DNA of 64,000 bases from Octopus vulgaris. Lineage: Eukaryota. The stretch covers positions 148,118,001-148,182,000 of the forward strand of contig OX597815.1 of NCBI GenBank assembly GCA_951406725.2, written 5' to 3'. The position numbers and the translations under genes were made by a program. The notes below the pieces were generated by a model. That model had not been told where the DNA came from and searched no databases. It saw only the letters and a program-made list of their open reading frames with translations. This document shows, piece by piece, positions 55,294 through 64,000 of the stretch (within the stretch, counting starts at the first letter, position 1; the number at the start of each line of letters is the position of its first letter).

Positions 55294-55297
<4 letters not shown>
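54985..55297 (+). mobile_element. Penelope-LTR-like fragment with a decayed HHR (55167-55193)
   Basis: TTGATGA a gatc-tca-gctc GAAACGTG; ends in (TA)n; related to 45400-45622. Confidence 0.45.
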
Positions 55298-55337
<40 letters not shown>

Positions 55338-56224
55338 CAAAGTAAAGCTGCAAGCTATCACACGCGTGGAAATATATATGAAAGAAGGTTTGAAAATGCA
55401 ATTTTAAAAATGTTTATTGACTTGAGAAATATTTCAATTTTTTAGAAAAAAGTTTGTCAAAAGTAATTACACACATACACACAGGCACCACCGGGACAAT
55501 TATAATGACACAAACATACTCAGACATAGAGACACACAGACACACTCACGTAGACACACTTAACATCCCCACCAACACAAAAGACACAAACATAAACACG
55601 CGCATACAGACGCACACATACACATACACACACACAAGCACATGTATAGAGACGTGCACAGAAACGCACACACCAACACCATTCTGACCACTAAGACCAG
55701 TCCCAAAACCACTGCACCATGACAGACTAGCCCACAAACAAAAACATTCTTTTGATTCCACATTGCTACTCCCTCCCCCAACAAACCTTCCACACTGTCC
55801 CTTAAAATAGCAAACATTCCTTAGCTACACACAAGGCAGAAAATGTCTGAAAGACAGGTCAGTTATTCCTCTCCAATTTTTTGTAAATTCTTAAATATAT
55901 CTCCTTCTGTGTATATATATACCAAAAACAAAAGACATAATATTTATTGAACTCCTGATGCTTTTTATAGTCCCGTTCTGAAAAGTGTTTTTAACATTTT
56001 CTTATTATTATTTTAAGTATCAAAGAATGTATAAATGTATTTTAATACTTTTGTGATAACAAGTAATTAACACAAGGCTTATACAAAGCTTCACATTTTA
56101 CATTTGACAATCTTTTTCTAAAAAAAGGCAATAAACATCTTTAAAATTGCATGTTCAGCCCTGATTCATATATATATAGGGAGAGCGTGAGAGAGGAAGT
56201 GAGAGGCAGATAAATAAATACATA

Positions 56225-56306
56225 ATTAGATAGATGGGTATATAGATAGAAAGATAGGTACATAGGTAGGTAGGTAGGTAGGTAGGTAGGTAGGTAGGTA
56301 GGTAGG

Positions 56307-56400
<94 letters not shown>

Positions 56401-56440
56401 TATAGGTATGTAGATAGATAGGGAGAGAGAGAGAGAGATG
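56225..56440. repeat. (TAGG)n(TAGA)n compound microsatellite
   Basis: Directly visible. Confidence 0.95.
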
Positions 56441-56449
56441 GCAACAGAT

Positions 56450-57640
56450 CAGCCTTTTATATTTTGATATCCGGTTAAGTATATCGTCTTCACTCTTGAT
56501 TTCTTTTTCTTTCAGTTGCCTGCTTGTTCTCTGATACATATAATATCAACATTTTTGACGGCCATTTTCTTGTTTGAATACTTTACTAGTGTTTCCTTCT
56601 CATCTAAAGCTAATGTCTTTCACGTTTCACTTTCTCTATTGATTCGACTCTAGATTTAGTTAAAGAATAGCGCATACTCATATTACTTATGCTATCTATA
56701 TTTATTGATGTTCCAAGCTATAAAATAATATATTTTAATGGACTCTATGTATCCCTGTAAATTTTCATCTATCTGTACGATAGCATTTCTTAACACTATA
56801 TATTAGATCTCACGAAAATTCCCCCACTCCTCTGTAAATAACAAACTTAATTTGATGAGCTTATTCCATTTGAAGGACGATATTTTTCTATGGTAAATTG
56901 GAGAATCTTCTGTAAAAATTGCAATTTTCATCGTTCTTGCGTATTTTCTTCCTTCTTACTAAAAAGTCCCTGTGCAATTGCATCTATCCACTCCATTAAT
57001 GTACTAACTAATAGTTGTAGTTCTTTCTCCTCTATACTATTCGGACTGCGTCGCCCATATGAAGGTTACGGCAACTGCTTGTTCTCCTATCAATATATAT
57101 ATATGACGTTCACTAGATCATATAATCTGTTCTCTGTATAATAAAACAGATGTTTCATAATACACGCACTGCATCAAAATCCACTCTGGATTCTCTCATA
57201 CAATGCTGTTTCGTTCTGAATTCTGGCTATCTCGTTTTGCAAGCAATATGCTTTTTCTGACGGTACTTAATGATATTCCGTCTATATTTATATTTACTCA
57301 TATTTCAATGATTTCTTCTCTTACTTTATCAAAATGTTATTGGGTGTTCTATGAATCAGGGAGTTATGTATCATAACTGTGCTAGCGTTATCTCTATCCT
57401 ATTCTTTAAGAGAATATATACAATATAATGCACTGTTCTTCTCAACAAAACGACGTTCAGTTTCGGGAATCCTAGGCTTTGTCTGGATCTTGACATCAGG
57501 AATTGCAACCACATGTTTGAATGCGACTCCTAAATCTGACATTGCTTTTTATCAACTTTCTGTTATTTGGAAGATTGCGCAAGGATATTCACTCGACAGA
57601 CATTAGACAATGTAGAGTAATGAAAATTCATGAAAAATTG
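56450..57640 (-). mobile_element. Ancient RTE-like LINE reverse transcriptase remnant
   Basis: Ordered decayed motifs on the minus strand: QSLGFPK (Q.GFR), FDKVREEII (AFD.V), and NLHMGDAVRI..EKELQLLV (NL.YADD..L..E.ELQ). Confidence 0.5.
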
Positions 57641-57759
57641 TCTTTTACAGAACGGTGATGGATATTCTCCTAAGGATTGAGTAATATATAATTACGTCAA
57701 TGTCAGCTGATATTGTATACAAAGAACAAGATATGCACTATAAAACAAACGTATGCCCG

Positions 57760-57956
57760 ACAGAATCGCTAGATCACCGGCATAATGCTTAGTAGCATTA
57801 CGTCTGTTTTACCTTCTAAGTTCAAATACGGCCGCAGTTGTCTTTGCGTTTCATCCTCCGGGAGTCGATGAAATAAGTAACAGTTGGTCGTCGGAAATCA
57901 TATAATTGACTTCCCCTCTCTAGAAATTGCTGACCTTGTGCCAGAATTTGAAACCA
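57760..57956 (+). mobile_element. SINE family A, decayed
   Basis: tttgcgtttcatcctccgggagtcgatgaaataagta...cttgtgccagaatttgaaacc. Confidence 0.7.
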
Positions 57957-60075
57957 GTTATATGAGATAACGCTTGAAATAGATGTACGCTAACCGTTAT
58001 AGAGCACACATTGAAATATTTCACTGAATTAAACTTCAAAAGCATTAGATGAAATTCACTGACAAATGGATCAGTTCTCCGAATTCGAAGAGCTATTTTT
58101 TAGCATTATGGAATATAGCCAAGTTTAATCAATCTGTTCTGAAGTATGATGTTGTTAGTGGTTAAGTAAACATCGTAGTTTGTTATTTCTTATTATAAGA
58201 AAAGAATTGGTCGTTGAAATATGGCTAAATATTATTTTCCTATATTTAATGTATTGTGTTTGCTTTTGCTTGAAGCAACTAAATTTGTAAGTAAAGATTA
58301 TTATGTAATACGCTATATTCTGGAGGCATATGTAAGTAACTGAATTATTACAGACGCAAAAAATGTGTGTGTGTGTGTTTGTGCATATCCTAGACAAAAA
58401 CGTTTCTATTAAAACTTGCAGTCATAAACTATTATTTATTTCCAAGGCGAATATGCTGTGAAATATGGAATAAAACAAAACATGCATAACATTTATTGAT
58501 ATAGACACAGTATTGTTGGGTTTTGGTGTATACTTAATATAGCGATGGATGAGAAAACATTAAGCTGTAAAGAGATTAGTTTTATAGAAAATATATTTTA
58601 TGATACAAAGTATGTTATGGTTTACAATAAGTAAGGGACTATGCATTTCTATAAAATTTTTAGGATACCATAATTTAAGCAAATATAACTTTAGCTAAAT
58701 ATTTTGTGTACCGTTAGTCATCGTTTATCATTCATCGGATTTTGTTTAGAGACGTTTTGAAAAAAAAAAAATAACGTTCACCCCATTTTAGAATTGTCGG
58801 CGTTTAGCTGGTAATTCAAATACCCACATATAATTTCAGCGTTCCTTAATAATAATAAATTGTTTTATATTAGAAGTATAAACAATGAAATCATTTTAAT
58901 CTACAACTGAATTTGCAAAAACGACTATCACAAATATCGGAGCTGTCTACTTTAACGATTCTATCATTCCAAAAGATGATTATGTCGAGTAAATGTTAAA
59001 CTTTAGCCCTTAAATTCAACGTATTTTGCAAAGCATAACAGAACATGGGTGTGGTATTTTGCATATAACTAAATGAACTAAAACATTTGAGTTTGACTTA
59101 GGCAATCATAAAATTGATTGACGTTAAATCATGTTCCAAATGAATAATTCTGGCCATTAGTAATTTTCCACATTAATATCTTAAATGAGGAAGGATATAT
59201 TAGATAATATAGCTCTTGAGGCATTGCATAGAAGAGAAACGGTTTCTTCAAAATAGGAATGCATTGATCACAGATAAATTCGAGCCCGTTGAAATGAGAG
59301 CATCTTCATCTTTGTCACTATGAAGGTGACTTCCTGAGATAAAACAAACAATCAAATAACCCAAAGTAAAGTGTTCTAAAATAAGGAATTATAGAAACTG
59401 TCTGGACTGATATACTTTAGTGAACCTTTTGATCTTTCATTTTAAATAATAAAATTTGCTCCCCGAGATCAGACATAAAATGTTATATAACATGCAGAAA
59501 TTTCAAGAGAAATATTATATACTTTGCTGCAATATCTTATCATTTTATTAGAGATAAATATACAAAGTATTAGAGGAAAATAATACGTTGTAAAATATTT
59601 TTGAAAAATAAGTCAATATTGGATTTTATATCTTATAAAGCAACATTTTACATATTCATAACATTCTTTTCTTTGTGAAATGATTTGATCTTAGACCATA
59701 TTTGAAATATCATTACAGTAACTGGAACATTAATTTTATCCATGAAAAATTCTCGCATAGAATATATCATCTAATTATATTTTATTAGTATTTTATCACC
59801 TGGTATTTTGTATAAGCGTTGCTTCTGACTCAGTCGATAACAGCCCAACCAGGGTAGAAAATCTGATTAAGTTTCCAAATTTGATATAACACACATATCT
59901 CTGCTATCAATCCAGCGAATTGATATATACCGCTGATATTTAATTTACGTGAGCACATAGATATATTTTATCATATTTATAACACTTTACTCTCTCTTTC
60001 TCTGGCTGGCCTGTCTTGCACTCTCTCTGCATTATCTATGTACACACACACACGCATATATATATACACATATAA

Positions 60076-60120
<45 letters not shown>

Positions 60121-60310
60121 CACACATATAATATATATATACATATATACACATATATACATATATATATACATATATACATACACACATGTAATATATA
60201 TATACATATATATATACATATATACATACACACATATAATATATATATATACATATATATACATATATACATACATATATATACATATAAATATATATAT
60301 ATATTTAAAA

Positions 60311-60662
60311 AAGGAGATGTGGAACACGAGTTGTGATATATAAAAAAGGAAATGAAGAAAATGCTGACAAAATAATTTAAGTAAGGGAGAGTGTATTTAA
60401 TTAGGTGAGAGTTCTTTTTACCGGTTGCGCTATTGGTAAGGCTTATCAAAAGATATTTTTTTAAGAGAGATAGAGTTCCTTTCTGATAGATTTTTTTCTC
60501 TTATCGGATAAGACAAAAAAAATCTATCAGAAAGGAATTCTATCTCTCTTAAAAAATATCTTTTGATAAGCATAACAAATGCGCAACCGGTAAAAAGAAC
60601 TTTCACCTAATTAAATACACTCTCCCTTACTTAAATTATTTCGTCAGCATTTTCTTCATTTC

Positions 60663-60666
<4 letters not shown>
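60311..60666. mobile_element. Fold-back element (~160-bp arms, centre 60506) in (TA)n, with an HHR-like motif in each arm
   Basis: 60345-60505 is the near-perfect reverse complement of 60507-60666; TTGATAA gcat-aacaa-atgc GCAAC-CG-GTA at 60563-60592. Confidence 0.8.
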
Positions 60667-60734
<68 letters not shown>

Positions 60735-61182
60735 GTGAATTTAAATATAAATCCGATCATAGAGTGGCCAATCATTTTGCACGCATAAATATCGTAGCTT
60801 TATAGACGACTCACCAGATTCTAACGACAGAGTAAAAATAAGCTCTCTTGAAACTGAAGGTAGAAAAATCGTCACGGTCACTTAATTTGCAAACAAATAC
60901 ACTGATTGAGCTTTCCACTGGACAAGTTGTCTTGTTTAGACCGGTCCGGTTGGCAAACTTTATAGTTCTAAAGGGCGAACAAGAAATCTCCGCCTTTACG
61001 TTGGATCCCCTCTGCAAGAACATTTTTCAGCTCTAAGTGACGAACAGTGGATCCCAATCGTGCAGCAGGTAGCTTCTTAAATGGGAGCAGGGATTATAGA
61101 TTTCATTTCTTGAGCTTAAGGGAAATAGGGTTCCAGCGAGTCTATAACGATCCTTACCCGCTGTGCTATACGAGGGTCTCAG

Positions 61183-61437
61183 CTGATACGACCGACGGTA
61201 CAGCATCCTCGTGAAATTAACGTACAAGTGACTGAGCACTTCACAGACGAGTGTACACTTAACGTTGTTCTCAGGGAGATTCAGCATGACATAGATTGTG
61301 AAAAGGCTGGCCCGTTGAAATACATGTACTACTCATTTTGCACAGCTGAGTGGACTGGTGCAAGACTCATTGCCGGGAATTGAACTCACGATCTTGCCAT
61401 CATGAGCGGAATGCCCTAACCACTCAGCTACGAGCCT

Positions 61438-61438
<1 letters not shown>
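61183..61438 (-). mobile_element. SINE family D with an internal deletion
   Basis: Head aaggctcgtagctgagtggttagggcattcc..gagttcaattccc; body as at 37930-38090. Confidence 0.82.
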
Positions 61439-61504
<66 letters not shown>

Positions 61505-61607
61505 CGGAGTAAGCACATAAATGTGAAACAAGGTGGAAAAAAGAGTACTCGAATACCAGTGGTAGAGTAATATGCTTTATTTAAAGCAGCAGAAAATTCA
61601 ACAAAAT

Positions 61608-61645
61608 CTGTTACTCTGAGTTTCTCGTTGCCGTTCATCAGACAG
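61608..61645 (-). ncRNA. Minimal type I hammerhead ribozyme (minus-strand copy)
   Basis: Identical to 61664-61701 on the opposite strand. Confidence 0.7.
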
Positions 61646-61663
61646 TTTTTGCTAGAAAAAAAA

Positions 61664-61701
61664 CTGTCTGATGAACGGCAACGAGAAACTCAGAGTAACA
61701 G
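61664..61701 (+). ncRNA. Minimal type I hammerhead ribozyme
   Basis: Stem I ctgt/acag; CTGATGA; stem II a-cg-GCAA-cg-a (A.A at the base); GAA; stem III Actc-a-gagT; GUA cleavage 3' of A61697; AATAAA about 30 nt downstream. Confidence 0.72.
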
Positions 61702-61972
61702 ATTTTGTTGAATTTTCTGCTGCTTTAAATAAAGTATATATATATATATATATATATATGTAATTCGACAAGAGGACTTAAATGACATGCAAAGGTACAT
61801 GAAGCCCAGTTACAACTATAACCGGTTATTACCAATAAAGGTTTTAGTTGCCAATTTTGTACAAGACATTGTAGATATTTAGCTGGGCTAAAAAGTCAGT
61901 AATATTTAAGCCAGTAATATTTAAGCTTCGTGCAATGGCCATACTCGATAACGAGTGGGCAGCCATAATAAT

Positions 61973-62019
<47 letters not shown>

Positions 62020-62024
62020 TGCAT

Positions 62025-62446
62025 ATATGGGTCCATGACGTCGCTAACGGTGCAAATAACACGAAATACATAAACAAACGTGTTAAATACGTTAACAATA
62101 AGAAAAAAAATGGAACCCATGCCAAGTAAACTCAGAGAACGGATCCTATCTAATCCTCATTTCGTGCACTCAATGACAATATAAATCTTCAAAGACTTTT
62201 GCTCCCTTACATTCTATAATGAAATTTATGATTTATGGAGGGTCAAAGTTGGGAACTAAAACATGACAGGGGAGACATACAAGTAAACTGAACGAAAACA
62301 AATATGGAGGGTCGTTAGATCAGAACGAGAGGAAAATTGCGAACGCTTTAAGAAACATTATTGGGTAAGAGGAAATTGAAGAGAGAGAAAAAACACTTCC
62401 CTTGAACGTCCATGCACGAAAATAAAGATGGTCACGAGAGGAAAAG

Positions 62447-62450
<4 letters not shown>
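62025..62450. mobile_element. Unclassified insertion between (TA)n arrays
   Basis: Complex block bounded by microsatellites; no diagnostic motif. Confidence 0.25.
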
Positions 62451-62498
<48 letters not shown>

Positions 62499-64000
62499 GT
62501 CTGTATATTTATGCGTATATATAGATAAATACTGAGATTGTTATATGACAATATATATAGAGAGGGTGATAGATATATATTTAGATTTCTTAAAGTTCTT
62601 TCTTCTATCAGTTATTCATTTATTCCCCCCATAACACCCGTGTCCTTCTGATTTTCCTACAAGCAGCCGCTTGAGTTTGCGCTCTATTGTGATGTAGAGG
62701 TTTGTATATAATAACTTGCGTTCTGCATTCTTATTCCTCATAACACAAAATTCTTATTAATCTCCTTGCAAAAATGCAGGTCAATTTCATACTCTAATAT
62801 GAATTTGCATATGTTTTTTTCTTGTGATTAAAAAAAAATGATGAATCTGGACAAAGTTAACTAAGCAATATTTAAAGAATGCTGCAATCTTCGCTTCTTA
62901 ATTGTAATTGGTGGATCCTCTTTGTTACATATTCCAATAATTTAGAAGAAAATTAAAAAATAACTCTCAATTAGGAACTAATATTAATTAAAGAACAAAA
63001 AAATCATTCCTACCTCAATTGGTTTAAACTTACGTTATAAATCTAAAATATTTAAACGATGGTGTCATTTGACATGGTTACACCAAAGAATAAGTTTCTG
63101 AATAAGTTTCACATGGATAGCATATAGTAGCGCGCAGCCGCGTGTGCTCGCACAGGTATAAATACACATGTACAAATGTATATATATAAACATATGTATT
63201 ATATGATTAACTTCTTGTAATACGGCTGGATATCTTGTGCATTACGCATGTAAAAATAAAAAAAAAAAACAGAGATTACACAGCTTGGTGTCATGTTCTT
63301 TTCCATGAAAATGAAATATTTATCAGCAGCTCGGCGCAAGTAATTTTTTAAGAGAACAGATTAAAATATATAGGTGCAAAATGAAAAATATGTATTTGGT
63401 ATCACAAATGCTCGAACATGACACAGAATCGACAAGTTTAATTACAGTTTAGTAAGGACAAGTGAAGTTAACCAAACCAAATAAATAAATCAATAACTAA
63501 AAGAGCAGCGTTGAATGTGGAAAAGCGAGTATTTGAAAAATTTTAATGCATGTGACATGACAAAAAAATGCATATCTTTGTAATAGAGACAGTAAAATGA
63601 TTACAAATATCGTGGTTAGAAAGTTAAAATGTCAGACATAAAAAGAAAGAAAGAGTTGAGAAAAACAATAATGATGGAAATATATTTTTTTCAGAACGTA
63701 CATTAATTTATCTTGCAATGGAAAAGGAAAAAAATTAAATTATATGAATCATGTTGCCAGAAGTCGTAGAGGGAAGCTTATTACAGACAGTCAGTCTATA
63801 GGTGGAAAAGAAAAAAAAAACATGAGAACAATGAAATACGCCATGAATAATATCGAATACTTTATTAAATGTTAGAAATTAGATGTGCAGAAATGACAAC
63901 AAAGAAAAGAGAAAATACACACTCAGAGAAATAGCAAGTAAACTTCGGGCTTTGGGAAAAAGGATTTTAAATCAGAATGGAGCGAAATATATGATGAGAG

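Larger units (their letters stand above)
61502..61734 (-). mobile_element. Fold-back Penelope-LTR-like element (perfect 76-bp arms) in (TA)n
   Basis: 61575-61650 is the exact reverse complement of 61659-61734; unpaired extension at 61502-61574. Confidence 0.85.

Overview
AT-rich, repeat-dense, essentially non-coding animal genomic DNA. The tRNA-derived SINE families and the extreme load of (TA)n/(CA)n microsatellites point to an octopus (coleoid cephalopod) intron or intergenic region; this is inferred from recalled SINE sequences and was not checked by a search. No intact host gene is recognisable, and nearly all ORFs in the track are microsatellite artefacts. Supported content: about 20 SINE copies from about 5 families, decayed LINE fragments (CR1/Jockey-group x3, Tx1-like, R4/Dong-like, RTE-like), an ORF1/Gag-knuckle-only retroelement and a piggyBac-type MITE. 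The most notable signal is a set of mutually dissimilar small non-coding elements inserted in (TA)n arrays. They share an architecture of minimal type I hammerhead ribozyme (HHR), fold-back inverted repeat and/or 1.3-1.5 tandem monomers of about 480-560 nt, i.e. Penelope-derived, retrozyme-like elements. Three of them carry the compensatory U3-A8 core (UUGAYAA instead of CUGANGA), and in one the 5' end of the insertion maps to the predicted ribozyme cleavage site.
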